Shown piece after piece: positions 25,075 to 38,514 of a stretch of DNA of 64,000 nt. Source of the stretch: Eledone cirrhosa (Eukaryota); contig OZ024740.1 in assembly GCA_964016885.1 (NCBI GenBank), positions 240,622,001-240,686,000 on the forward strand, given 5' to 3'. The notes under the pieces are model-generated. The model ran no database searches. It was given only the letters and a program-made list of their open reading frames with translations, and was not told the origin of the DNA. The position numbers were made by a program, and so were the translations under genes. How positions within the stretch are numbered: position 1 is the stretch's first letter; the number at the start of each line of letters is the position of its first letter.

Positions 25075-25654
25075 CACGATCTATACGTGGATATTTACGT
25101 CTTGATGTGGGAGCTAAGTATATGTTTTGTTTATTCCTTTACTTATTTGCATAGGTAAGTATATATTACCCGTATGTTTTGTGAAGGTATGTATACCTTC
25201 TCGTACGTATATTTGACTGTTTTGGCGTATAATTTTTACATATTCTGGTATTTAGGGCTTGGTTATGTGTATATGGGAGTTTTGCGTCTGCGTGAGTATG
25301 CAGGTTCGTACGTATGGTGGGTGTGTGTATATGTGTACTTCTTGTTTTAGTTGACTTACGTCTCCGAACCTTCATGTATTTATTTGTAGGTATGTGTGTG
25401 CGCTTGTTATATACGTATTTATTTACTTATATACGTTTATATAATTATTTATTTATTTGTACACAAGCATACACACATACACATATTTATATGTGCGTGG
25501 TTTTGTATACCTATGGTAAGGTTTTGCGTATGCTTGTGTATGTACGTATCTGTTTGCGTGTATGTATTTATTTGTTCCTATTACTTCTGTATTGTATTTA
25601 TTTACTTTGTTCTTAACTCTGTAGCGGAGATTCATTCGGTCTCCTAGTTAGAAT

Positions 25655-25925
25655 TTTAGTCTACGACTTCTGCTATACCATTTACGTGGTTTTGTCTTTG
25701 CACGCTATTGTTCTCCACGCTCCACATATGACTTATTATCTTCGTTTGTTCGTTCATTGCCAGAGAACGTCTCTATGCACCACTTAGAGAACATTAGTCT
25801 ACGACCTCTTTTATACCATAACGAGGTTCTGTCTTTGCGCGTAATTGTTTTTCACCGCTCCTATTAATGACGTATTATTCGTTTTTTTCCGTTCTTTGCC
25901 AGCGAACGTCACCATGAACCAAAGT
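25655..25925 (+). repeat. Two diverged ~138-bp tandem units in the Penelope 3' region
   Basis: ttagtctacgac...tgccag(a/c)gaacgtc occurs twice. Confidence 0.7.
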
Positions 25926-26156
25926 ATCGTCTTCCTGTCTTCCTCCGGTTGCAACGTTTTTTGAAATATCCAGTTCTGCGTTTACAGATTGACTTTGTTA
26001 GTTTCAGAAGATCCCGTTAAGGGTGAAAGCAGCGATTCTTTGCTTAAACTTTAATCTGTTATTTTAATAAATATTTGCTCTTCGGTTCTTATATATTTGA
26101 TATATATTTTCCTTATCGAGCCCTCTCTGGATTTTAGTCTTCAATTTTATTATTAT

Positions 26157-26208
<52 letters not shown>

Positions 26209-26216
<8 letters not shown>

Positions 26217-27212
26217 TAAAACATGTCTATAGAATCACCAGATAAAATATATACCGTTTCCTCTCCTAATTAGCACAATTAACCATATAAAAATCAATTA
26301 GACCAAGCTATAAGAATAAAGGCTCCTATGAAGAAATCTCCGACAAATAACCGATGGTTAATTATGCTAATTGGGAGAGGAAACGGTATATATTTTATCT
26401 GGTGATTCTATAGACATGTTTTATGATATATAGCTCTGATTATTTAATTTATTAATTCTTCATTGAGCCACAAAGTGACCCGTTGCAAAACACATATATA
26501 TTTATGACTTTTTATATATATATATATATGTAAACCTTTATATGTAATAATCTCCCGTTAGGTTGAGATACAATTTTGGCTGTATTGGGCTGCGCTTTCT
26601 AGCAAAAAGCCTACCAGCCGTAAGCAACTAATCACATCCTTTCTAACTTGACTGCTGCCACGTTACGATTCTTAGCCATTTTTTAATGTATTCTTGGCGC
26701 GATCACTTTGGAAATTTAATTGTCTAAATTTGAGCTAACTTCCTGAAGAATCCGAAGCTCTAGATATCCAATGTTATCAGATGTCTTAAAATGCGGATGA
26801 AACCATGGTAGAGGTAATTAAATATGTACACTTTTCTTCTAGTTTATTTTACACCTAATTCTGTTTAGTTGACTGTATATCCGGTCGATTCATACATGCT
26901 GTCGAAATATTCGATAAATGATCCGTCGTAGCCGCCGCGAAGGGGCTGCTTTTGATTATTTGTCGGAGATTTCTTCATAGGAGCCTTTATTCTTATAGCT
27001 TGGTCTAATTGATTTTTTATATGGTTAATTATGCTAATTGGGAGAGGAAATATATTTTATCTGGTGAGGTATATATTTTACCTGGTGATTCTATAGACAT
27101 GTTTTATGATATATAGCTCTGATTATTTAATTTATTAATTCTTCATTGAGCCACAAAGTGACCCGTTGCAAAACACATATATATTTATGACTTTTTATAT
27201 ATATATGTAAAC

Positions 27213-27220
<8 letters not shown>
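26209..27220. mobile_element. Compound inverted/direct terminal-repeat fragment between (TA)n tracts (probable Penelope ends)
   Basis: 26209-26350 is inverted relative to 26955-27114; 26355-26540 directly repeats 27021-27218. Confidence 0.6.
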
Positions 27221-27278
<58 letters not shown>

Positions 27279-27412
27279 ATATATACAGAGAGAGAGAGAG
27301 AGAGATGTTTATTGTTATGCTAATATCAAACTATCAAGTTTCCTCATCTGATTTTCTATTTAGTAGTTTTGCAATAACTATCAGAATAGCTCCACAAGTA
27401 GTGCCAAAAGGG

Positions 27413-27863
27413 TTTAGTGAGCTGGTCCCAGGGTTACTTACTCCAGTAAGTACCACCGGATCCCAACTACTAAATTTAATAGAAATATGAGATAGGAGAA
27501 TTTTCAAACAATATCATGCCGTGTGAGAATTATCTCTCACTACAGGAAGTAATGACTGAAAGCGTAACAAGTTTCTCAAAACGAGTATCAAAAATAACTT
27601 GCATTTATTGTAGTCCAATGTAACAAACATGGTAAACAAATATCCTCGTGGCATAACGAGGTATAATTCTGAACCATGAGATGTGGTTGGAGAAAGGTTA
27701 GCATGCTTGCGCTCGATCTGATCAGTTTGAGAAAAGCCGCCAAAAAGAGAGTGAGTGAGCAAGAGAGGTTGAGTGACGTCAGAACACTCCCTTATATACT
27801 GACCACGGGGAAATAACTCCAATTAGTTTTTTCTCCCCGGGCAAGGTGGCGCTAGTCGCTACA
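27413..27863 (-). mobile_element. Putative solo LTR
   Basis: Minus strand TGTAGCGA...TCACTAAA, 4-bp TSD AGGG on both sides, TATATAA and AATAAA in the expected order. Confidence 0.6.
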
Positions 27864-27994
27864 AGGGAAAGGTTTGCACAATATTCATTTGACCATAGTG
27901 CATTGCTTATCTATATTCCAGATTTCCTCCTCAAATGACTCTAGATCATGCCAGGGAGGAGCATTTATAACCATCATAGTCTTTCATGCTGTGA

Positions 27995-29378
27995 TCATCA
28001 TCATCATCATCATCATCAGGTTTAGCGTCCGTGTTCCACGCTTGCATGGGTTTGGACGGGGGTAGTCCCACTTGAGGCAAGAGTGGTTGTCTTGCTCGCA
28101 TAGGACTGTCTGGCGGGTTTTCTACAGTTGGATGCCCTTCCTAACACCAACCACATTTACAGTGTGGGGCTGGGAGGTTTTTACCGTGTTGCCTACACGG
28201 CCACATTACAGCGTGGACTGTCTGGCGGGTTTTCTACAGCTGGATGCCCTTCCTAACACCAACCACATTTACAGTGTGGGACTGGGAGGTTTTTACCGTG
28301 TTGCCTACACGGCCACATTTACAGCGTGGACTGTGTGTTTTTTTGTCATGACACCTACACGATCTCATTTGTTTCGGCCTGGATGTTGTGGGACCAACAT
28401 AACTTTACATTGAAAGGGGCGGTGTGGGTGGGGTGGAGGTGGTGGGACGGGGGTGTGTTTTGATAGAGATGCCTACTGACTGTAGTAGGTTTTTACTTTG
28501 TATTTAGGTAAGGCGGGTCTTCTCTATTACTGAGTACCGCCAAAGGTCTCGGTCCAGTGACATTGTCTTGGAGAGGTGTAAGCGTGTGAGGTCTGAATTT
28601 ATCAGCTCGTCCCATGTTTTTCTGGGTCTGCCTACTCCGTGGCTACCGTCTATCTTTATTGCCCTGCACTTTGTTATACAGCTGTCGTCTTTCATGTGCA
28701 TCACGTGACCGTACCAACGTAGCCTTCTCTTGAGTAAACAACATCTGATCCCTCTTATTTCTAATTTTTTCCTTAGTTCGTTTATGCTTTGCCGTTCACG
28801 TATATTACTATTGCACATCCAGCGGAGCATGCAAGCTTCGTTCCTCTCTAGTCTGCGTATATCCTCTGCACACAATGCCCAGGTCTCACTGCCATGCAGC
28901 ATTGCTGTTCGTATGCAGGCATCGTATAACCTGCCTTTCATTTTTAGGGAGAACCCTCTAGCGGCTAATAGTGGTATAAGCTCTCTGAACTTTTTCCATC
29001 CAGTTCTGACTCTAGCTACTGTACTTTCAGAGCACCCTCCCCCACTGCTGATTTTGTCACCCAGATAACGGAAGCTGTCCACTATTTCTATAGAACCCTC
29101 TGCGCAGTTGAAGGAGCTAGTATTTTGTGGGCACTTGCTGCTACTTATTGCACCAGAGCACCGGCCACATGTAAAATCTATGTTCTTAGTTAGCTTACCT
29201 GTGATCCCACTACATCTTTTATGCACCCATACTTTGCATTTGGGACATAAAATGGAGTTTCTACCTACGCCTTTCCTACACACTGAGCATGGCCATTTCC
29301 CAGATGGGACCGCCGCCTTATTTTCTTTCCTACAAACTAGAACTTTAGTCTTAGCCAGGTTAATTTTAAGGCCTTTTG
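27995..29378 (-). mobile_element. RTE LINE family A 3' fragment with PHD-type finger
   Basis: Inverted close copy of 17560-18945; ORF 28504-29283; (CAT)n tail. Confidence 0.9.
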
Positions 29379-29984
29379 ATATTTATTCATTTTAAGCATT
29401 TAATGTAAACCTGAAGTTGATAGTCCTACATTCTGGCAATTTTCTATGATACCAAAACTGAATTAACCACTTTTATTTCATGTTTAAAAGAAATTTGTTT
29501 GCCTGTGAGTATCTCTTGTCAGTATTTCCTATAAATTTTTGATAGTCTATTATATAGTTATTGTAAATTTATTATTCACTTCGCATCTAATGATAATATC
29601 TGATTGTTCAATATTTTTTCCATGGCTTGTTCAATGTGACTCTGAAGAGATGTAATCAATTTTGATTGTGTGTTGTCATTTAAATTGATCTGTTATTCCT
29701 ATCTGTTGGTGAATAGTAACTCCTGACACAATACAGTAAGGCATTCAGTGTCCACAACCTGACAGTTGCTATATGCTTTAGGTGCTCTTTAACAACTGTA
29801 TTGATCATAGATAACATTAAGTCTTTACAGGACTTTTTTAAAGATTTTGTGTCACAATCATCTTTTTCATTTAGTGTCTTTTTGTTATAGTTAAGTAATC
29901 CCGAAATCTTGCTATGTGCTGTGTTTTGAGCTGTCTGAGTCTTTCATTCGTTTCTGTTTGTTCATAAGAAATTCTCTAACCTTT

Positions 29985-31123
29985 CAGCAGATTCAGCAAT
30001 AAGAACTAAGAATCAGAGACAAGCAAGCTGGCTTTCAAAGTAACCACTTATGCACTAAACAGATATTTACTCTGCAAAATATCATTGAACAGTGCATCGA
30101 ACACCAAATACCAATGGTGGTCAACTTCAAGTTCTAGAAGGCCTTTGGCAATGTGCACAGGAAGTCACTCTGGAACATTGTCTTGTCATATGGCATCCCA
30201 CAAAGTTTTGTCAACATCCTCATGCCAACACAAGGTGCTGTGAGAACTGAGTCAGGAACACTGACTTTTGAGTCAGACAAGGCTGCATCGTCTCTTTCCT
30301 GCTGCCAATTTTGTCTTGAAAAGGACTGGCAGTGAGAAATTTCATGGAGAGGGAGACAAAACTGAAAGACTTGGATGTGGTTAACAACATTGCTTTGCTA
30401 GCAGGAATCAGTGCAAATCTTCAGCAACTAACAACATCATATTAATAAAATGCCAAGAAGACTGGGTTGAGGGTCAATGTAATGAAGATGAGTAACAATA
30501 CTGGCCAAGAAGTGGCAGCCAAAAGAAACTAACAAGAACTAGACAGTTCACCTCCCTGAACAATGTTCTAAGCAAGAATGGCAATGATGAACTTGATGTC
30601 AATAGCAGAATCAGAAAGGCAGCCATAGGGTTCCAGCAAATGTTTTCTGTCTGGTCAGCCTCAACTACTGATACTGATGTCAAGATGCACCAATACAACA
30701 CCACACCACCATTCTTCCTATATTGATCTATACCAGTGAGACATAGAAGAGCACAGCAAAGATTGACATGAAGCTGAATATATTCCATCAAGAGTGCCTC
30801 TGAAAGATCATGAAATGTCACCTGATGAGATTGGATGAAGAGATCCTGAGGAGATCAAAGTTCCACTGCAAGACATAATCATAGAGCAACTGTTCTACCT
30901 GGCTGGCCACGTTCTCTGTCTACCCAATCACTGGCACTTGAAAATAGCAATGATATGGACTCCTGAAGGTAAATGGAAAAGGAGTAGACTGTAGACATAT
31001 CAACATGATCTGAAGGCCATCAACATCACCCGGAATAGATGCGAAATAGTAGCAGCTGATCATGTGCATTGGAGAATGCTTGTCACCCAATACACTACCC
31101 AACACAGGAGGAGCTAAGTCTAA
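29985..31123 (+). mobile_element. Old degenerate RTE LINE RT fragment
   Basis: RDKQAGF...QIFTLQNIIEQCIEHQIPMVVNF...HRKSLWNI; ends in gagctaagtctaag. Confidence 0.7.
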
Positions 31124-33687
31124 GACAGTAAATAATCAGCATACAAAAGTTCCCATGATCAGCCTGTTATAAACTTTTGGTCTAGAGAACAATTATGGGC
31201 TGAAAATGAATTTTTGATAGATACCTGCCTGCATACTAACTTTCTTGCCAAACATATTGTTAGTGCTCAATTTGCTGACAATATATCTGTACATAGCTTG
31301 CATGATTCTCACAAGCCAGATATCAACACTTAACTTTCTTAGTAACCACCAAACAACAGAACTTAATCACCTGTCAAATGCCTTCAATGAATGCTAGTTA
31401 TAGAGGCTTACTCTTATCTAATAAATTCCATAGTTGTTTCACTAGGAAAGAGACATAGGTGGTACAAACTCAAACTGCTTCTCATTAAAGCAATTCTTTT
31501 TCCTAATTATTTGTACTAAACTCTTTCAGTTATTTCATAACTTGGTCCATCAATTTTATGCCTCCATAGTTGCTTCTTTCTAGATCATCTTGTTGCTGTA
31601 CAATATCATACATAAGTAGGCCTGAAAACTTAACTCATAAATTTTCCAATATCTCTTGCTGACATTTTTTAACACTGGGTAGAAAGCTTTATCTGCTCAT
31701 AATATCTCAAATGCATCTCTTTACCTTTGTTACTAATAATAACAGCACTACTATTTTTTTGGGGTGTGGGGTGTGTGGTGAAGGTGTGTTCTTTAGTGAT
31801 TAGAGAGATGGATTCACAATCGTGAGATTGTGTTATTTCCTTATTTTACTCTTAACAGCCTGTAATAATTTAGCAGAAAATATCTAAAGATTGTTTTTTT
31901 AATAGTATCTTTATCTTTACTAGTGGGCATGTTGCGAAAATTTGGAGTATTATACTAAAGACTTTAATTTTCAATATGGTGCAAACATAGTACTGTTTGT
32001 TACTTTGCAAAAATGTCTTGTTAATACAGTTTCATGTGGTATAGTATGTTAAGTGTTAAGATGCTGTGATTTCAGTAAGATTTGGCTGCTATTTCTTGAA
32101 GGGTGAGAGATAATGTACAGGATCCCCTGTTGGCTGCAGATGATATTGTTCTTGGCAATAATTTTATCAATCAAAAATAAAACATATGTCTTCAGAGAGG
32201 CAAAGTGAGCTAGATGTCCTTAGTGCTTCTGGTAGCTGTAGTTCACAGGTAGAAATGAAATTAAAGGAATGACAAAAAGAGAACCAGGTTAACAGTAATC
32301 TTTGTTGCTAATGTCCAAATGAGAGAGCTGTGTAGTTGATAGAGTAGACATCACCTTTTTGGAAAGAAGTTGGAATATAGTGTAGCCTGAACAGCAGAAA
32401 TGGATTAACGATAATTGAGAATTCATATTTCATTAGAAAAGTATATAAACACACACACACAACAAGCTCTCCTTTTTACAAAATGGTATTTAACCCATAA
32501 AACTAGGGGTTTGAACCAAATGCTTGCAACAGAGTGAACTCTACTAAAGACACAAAAGACCCAAGTGGTAGTTTTGGCCTGCCACCCTAAACTAATATCC
32601 AAGTGTTATATTGCTTTTAATAAAAATTGCCATTGTAATGTAAGAATAAAAAAGAGAAAAGAAAATCCTACACTGTGCCAGTCTTAATCTATATATAAAT
32701 TTGAGCAATTTCTGTCCGGCTGTCCATCACACAATGTGTGTGTAAAAAGAAGGAGATGGTAAAATACTATAGCAAAACAGTGGCTGACATTCCATTTGCT
32801 ACGCTGTGTATGTGTATGTTTGTGTGAATGTATGTCTGTGTGTATTTTTGTGTGTCTGTGTTTGCACATTTATATTTATTTACTCATACATATAAATGTA
32901 TGCATATGCACATACACGCACACACACATACGCATCAGCGTGTTGAAAAAAAATCCTAGTAATTAAAAACTGTATGTAGTGTTCCGTGCAGCTTTAATGG
33001 AAGATAGTCTGGGTTATGGGCCACAAGAAGTAGTCAAACATAAATTTTGGTGTAAACAAGTTCTGATCAAAAGGATCCATTATCTGGTGATAGATGAGAT
33101 ATATATTTTTTTATTTTTTTTATTGGACTTAAACTCTGATACAAAAACAAAATTATTTATGGAGTGATCTTAAAATTTCCATACTTAGTCTTCCTTTTAC
33201 TGTCATCATCATCATCATTCAATATCTGATGGTAATGACAATAGTAATAAGAAGACTATGGAAATTATAAGATCATTCTATAAATAACTTCATTTTCAAT
33301 ATGAAATAAAGTTCTCATATTCTTTGTTGTGTATCATCCCATAATAAGATGGTGAATTGATAGTTATTAGAGCGTTGGATAGAATGCCCTGTCATATTCG
33401 TTGAGACAATTCTGCTGAGGTTAACTTTGCTTTTCACCCTCCTGGGATCAATAAATAAAGTACCAGTCCAGTATTGGGGTCCATTTGCCCCACCTCTCTC
33501 TCTTTCTAGAAGAAATTGACTATGGTCAGACCTCAAAAAGGGATGGGTTTTATCAGGTTTAGGTGCTTGAGATACAATGGTACTCCTATCACTTCATTAG
33601 GTAAGGCATCCCATAATGATGTTACTATGTCGTTTTTTTAATTTGTCACTGTGTTTAATAGAGTAACACATTATCATTATTTATTAA

Positions 33688-34225
33688 AAGGGCGGTGGAT
33701 TGGCATTGGTAGAGGGTCGGACGCCATGCTTTCCAGCATAGTTACGTCCCTTTACGATCTGAGTTCAAATCCCGCCGAGGTTGACTTTGCGTTTCATCCT
33801 TACGGGATAGATAAAATAAAGTACCAGTAATGAACTGGGTAATTGCTGGCCTTGTGCCTAAAGTAGAAACAATTATTTATTAATATCCAAGGTGGATTGG
33901 CAGTATCAGTACATCGTCAGACACCATGCTTTGTAGCACAGAGTTATGGCCCTTTACTTTCTAAGTTCAAATGCCGCTGAGGTTAACTTTGCCTTTCATC
34001 CTTATGGGGTCGATAAAATAAAGTATCAGTAATACACTGGGGTAATTGTAGACCTAGTGCCTAAAGTAGAAACAATTATTTATTAATATCAGGGTGGTGG
34101 ATTGACTATCAACATAGAGTTACATCTCTTCTTTACATTCTGAGTTCAAATCCCGCTAAGATTAGCTTTGCTTTTCATCCTTACGTGGTCGATAAAATAA
34201 AGTACCAGTAATACACTGAGGTTGA
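33688..34225 (+). mobile_element. Three head-to-tail tRNA-derived SINE copies
   Basis: Units at 33688-33876, 33891-34080 and 34091-34225, separated by tttattaatatc. Confidence 0.85.
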
Positions 34226-34760
34226 TTTAGTCACCTTACTAATACCAGATTTTGCAGCAAGTCAACATAGAAATGCATTATTGAACTGGTTGACAAGGCA
34301 ATCATTTCAATCCCTTTACAGATGCATCACCATATCCAAGCATTTAACCCTCTTAGCCCAGTCCATCTCTGTATAAATGATATGATTTGCACATTTAAAC
34401 AATAAAAACAAAAACAAATTAAATCAATCTTTTTATTGCATTATAAAAATATTTCTTTATAATTAAAAAAAAGTGTTCTAAAAAACATTCATTTTTCAAT
34501 AGACATATGACAACCGAGTTTGACATAAATGTATAAATAAATATCTGATGATAATAAAATACATATGTGACCTGAGTTAATAGATACATTGATATGTATT
34601 CAAATATTTTATGAAGATATTGTTGACATTTTTGTCACATTATTACATGTATTAATTGGCTAGCATGATTTAAATAATTTAAATAAGAAAATTCAAATAT
34701 TTTATTAAATTATTCCAGCACATTTTATAAATAAGTGAATATACATACACACTAAATTTA

Positions 34761-34975
34761 CCCTTTAGCATTTACATTACTCTATATATACTACTGTATT
34801 TTCATGGTAAACACTTTATTTTACATAATTATCTCACATATCAAATCTACAAGATTTTGATATTATTTATTTTGAGAAGACCTTAACGTAAGTATGAGCA
34901 GCCAGTTAGGGTTGGATTGAACATAAAGAGGTGAGAGAATTCTGGTTGGATGCAGTCGGTTTAAATGCTAAAGGG
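34761..34975. mobile_element. piggyBac-type MITE
   Basis: CCCTTTAGCATTTA / TAAATGCTAAAGGG TIRs, TTTA/TTAA flanks; inverted relative of 62498-62717. Confidence 0.75.
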
Positions 34976-37260
34976 TTAACTTATATTCTGTAGGATTATA
35001 AATATTTCCCAAGAGCAATCAGTTGACTATATAAACATTTGATAGCTCTGTATATATGGTAAACATCGTTATTACTACCAACTTCTGATTCAAGGACACA
35101 AATATATATTCTATGGAGGATGACAGATGTATAAAGACGAACAGAGCACTCATAGTTAATAGTAACTATGAGGAAACCTAGAAAAAATTAGGATGAAGTG
35201 ATAAAAGCTGACCATGCCCAATTAAACCTTATAAAGGAGATGACACAGGATCAAGACCTCTGCTGCCATGCTGTACTCCAGAAGAACCCCTCTCCCTTGA
35301 GCACAAAATGAAATGAAACAAACATGCAGGGGTTATACTAGTCTGCAGCAATCCTTTGCAACCTCTCCTTGTCTTAATACCCCGATCACATCCAATATCC
35401 TACACACCTAATTGATGTCAATCTCACTGACCTGCCCAAGCCCTGATACACCTCAAATACCCAGCCCATGAAAGATAGACATGCTCGACATCTGACCTCC
35501 CACAATGCTGTGCCATGACAAAAAGCATGCTGATTTGGCACCACAACAACAAGCATCCAGTCCATCCTGTAAGGTATTCATGATACCACTAACAGACAAT
35601 CTTCCAAGGTAGGTAAATTTATAAAAATGGTTTATATAATGGTGGCAGCTCAATAGTTAGCCACAGACCATGGGTTGAAACAAGTAAATGCATATATAAA
35701 ATGAAATAAGGACCCATGAACTTTGAAACAAATTTTGAGAGTAAAACAAAAATGACAATAACCAGTCATAGGGAATTCAAGCTAATTATTATCATGAGGC
35801 CCTTTTCATTGTTGTTGTTGTGGAATTCTAAGGTCAGCCCTGATTGAGCAATCATATGGTACACAGGGAGTTGACTAAATGATGAAGTGTGACCCACATG
35901 TCCAACTTTCCAAATATACATTTCCTTCAAGGTGAGGGCCATACTGCACAATCTGATATGCAGTGACAAATCATGAGATGCAGCATGACAGTATGGACAT
36001 ATTGAACTCACTCCAATATACAGTCAATTTCTGTGTGTCTGCAGATTCTGGTGGGTGCCTCAGTGGAGCTGGTCAAGGTGGACTTAGATCACAATTGAGG
36101 CTGTTCCTCTACACATATTGTTGGTAGTGTACATCCTAGCAGTGTTTGGGGTTAGTGAGGCTATTGGTATTGCATTTATTTCTGTGTGTATGCGTTCCTT
36201 ATGTCTGTCAGGGATGAGTGAGTGAGACAGAGTTTTTAAGATGCTATTGTATTCTAGATGTGTCTTGATTATTTTGTATGCTATTAACTCGGCAAGGCAC
36301 ACTAAAACTTCAGCTGCCCTTAATCTCTACAAATTAGTAGAGGATGGACATAATATATACCAGGTGTCAACACAGTAGAAGGGAAATTTGACAATGGCAG
36401 GGTTGGAACTCAAAACATAACTAAATACGAAAGTATTCAGTCTAGCAGTCCATTGTTTCAGCAACTTCCACAACTTTCAATCTTAACATTCTTTCTACCA
36501 TGAAATACTTTGCTAAATTAGATTTAAAGTGGCTATATCATCAGATAGAAATATGTTCTGAAGCAGTGACAATTGCACCAATGGGTCTTTTAAGATGAAC
36601 ATGTCTTCCATATGAAATGAAAAGGCCACTGTTTCAGAGAGCAATTGAACATGTTTCTGTAAATGACATTGACATCATGAAGACGATCAGAGTTATCTAC
36701 CTTGGCAATCATGTAATTTGTAGATGGAGCCTAGAGTTTCCAGTTTTCTTGTAAAAGACGTAGGGGCAACTTAAATCATACATGATAATTGTTATAATTA
36801 TACATATCTAAAAACTGATTATCACTATCACTAAAAATTGTATATTGAACACTAAGAAATAAAAATTTCTATTATTTCTTAGTTTAATAAAGCAATTGAC
36901 TAATCAGAGTTGTTGTATTATGTAATTGAAGATCAATATGTTGGCATTTGAAAATAACACCTCACCAGCGAAAGCTTATAAATGTTCATAAAATATTTAT
37001 GTAATGCATGTTGTTCCTTCAGCAACAAACAATTTTATTACACTTCCTGATGATAGCTGGAAATGATTTGTCAACTTTGCAACAATGAAGTTAACATGAA
37101 ACTTATGGAGCCTTCATGTGGCTGCTCTATTATCTAGAAATAGTAACTATTTTTCTCAAATCACACCTTAACATCTTTAAAAAAAAGGAAGTACAAATTG
37201 AAATAAGTAGTTTTAGATATACAGAAATGACAAGAATATCACAGCTTGAATACCTTAGAT

Positions 37261-37278
37261 CAAAGGTTCTCGGGGGGT

Positions 37279-37309
<31 letters not shown>

Positions 37310-37908
37310 GCTGGAAGGCTCTTTATTTTGGTAAGTTTTATAAGCCATATTTGTTTGTGTTTGAGACAGCCAGTGTGAATGCATTTGAATGAGCTTGCAG
37401 ACAGCATAACTATAGTCTGACCGCAGGTGTGCAGACACATCCGGTAATTGAGATCCTAAAAATGGAAAAACCCACAGTCAACTGGGTCAAGGACTCTTTG
37501 AGCGCAGCCAGTTAGAATCTTATCTTTCCTTCACCGATAACAATGTATTTCATGTCTGAAATTATTGACTCAACCGCAACGAGTTAACACTATGTAGATC
37601 TATTTTATTCCCTATTGTATAAATAATATTACAAATAAAAAAAAGAAAAGAAAAAACAGAAGCGAGTAACACACACATCTAGGACCACATATAACACATA
37701 ATCAGGTAATACACACATCTAGGACCACATACAACACATAATCAGATAATACACATATCTTTGGAATATTGTTAATCAATTTTTTAGTAATCTACTGATA
37801 TAAAAATCAGTAGTATATTGAAAAATGAAAAAATAGGGGGGGGGGGGGCGTTATGTGATTTCAAGGGACAAAAGGGGGCGTTTGGCCTAAATGGGTTGAG
37901 AACCTGTG
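37261..37908. mobile_element. hAT-type non-autonomous element
   Basis: TIRs CAAAGGTTCTC / GAGAACCTGTG; perfect 8-bp TSD CCTTAGAT; internal poly-G tracts and a 39-40-bp tandem repeat. Confidence 0.85.
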
Positions 37909-38514
37909 CCTTAGATCATAAGTTTGCTCAATCAGAGTTGATCTTAGGCTCAACAACAATATCAACAATAAAACACAGGAGTTAATGATAAATAAATAAT
38001 AACGTATTGAAAATAATCCCCAATAATCCTATTTAAAATATGTTTTTTAAAAATTGTTTTAAAAATTATTTTTATAAAGGCTTGATCCATGGCAATATCC
38101 ACTAATATATTGTCATGTCATTTCTTTTAGCTTCACTGTACATAGTACTCAGAGATTCAGCATACACAAGTGGAATTACACCTTTGCTACAGCTGTATTC
38201 AGCTCATCTTCGCCTGTGATGAGAGTTACTTAAAACCTTCAAAGCAGACAAGGCAAAGAAAAACGCCTATCTTCTTAATGGCTGGCTTAGCAGAAGAAAG
38301 CTGTAATAGTGAGAATTATTCTTACATCTTACTGATATAAATTCTTTTTAACAGAGAAAATAGTGCAAAACAACTCTTGTAGATAATCTTGTGATTTAGT
38401 ACCTATTTTTTAGGTGTATAGCATTAAGTGAACTTATCTAATTTGTGACTAAATGAACCTCCCTGAGTCCAATATGTTAAACACTTAGCCATTTTACAAC
38501 AATTTTATTCAATC

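Larger units (their letters stand above)
23940..26160 (+). mobile_element. 5'-truncated Penelope-like element (Naiad-type) with inverted terminal segment
   Basis: Late RT plus GIY-YIG ORF; 23940-24009 is the inverted copy of 26002-26072; (TA)n on both sides. Confidence 0.9.

Noticed and set aside
33688-33790. tRNA genes at A/B-box sequences
   Set aside because: They are SINE heads with body, tail and TSDs and show no full cloverleaf.
37272-37308. Poly-G tract as a functional G-quadruplex or poly-Pro/Gly ORF
   Set aside because: A homopolymer inside a hAT element, with unreliable length.
32186-38260. Plus-strand exon candidates (about 32186-32248, 34994-35058, 38131-38260)
   Set aside because: Splice-like signals exist but give no consistent frame or recognisable protein.
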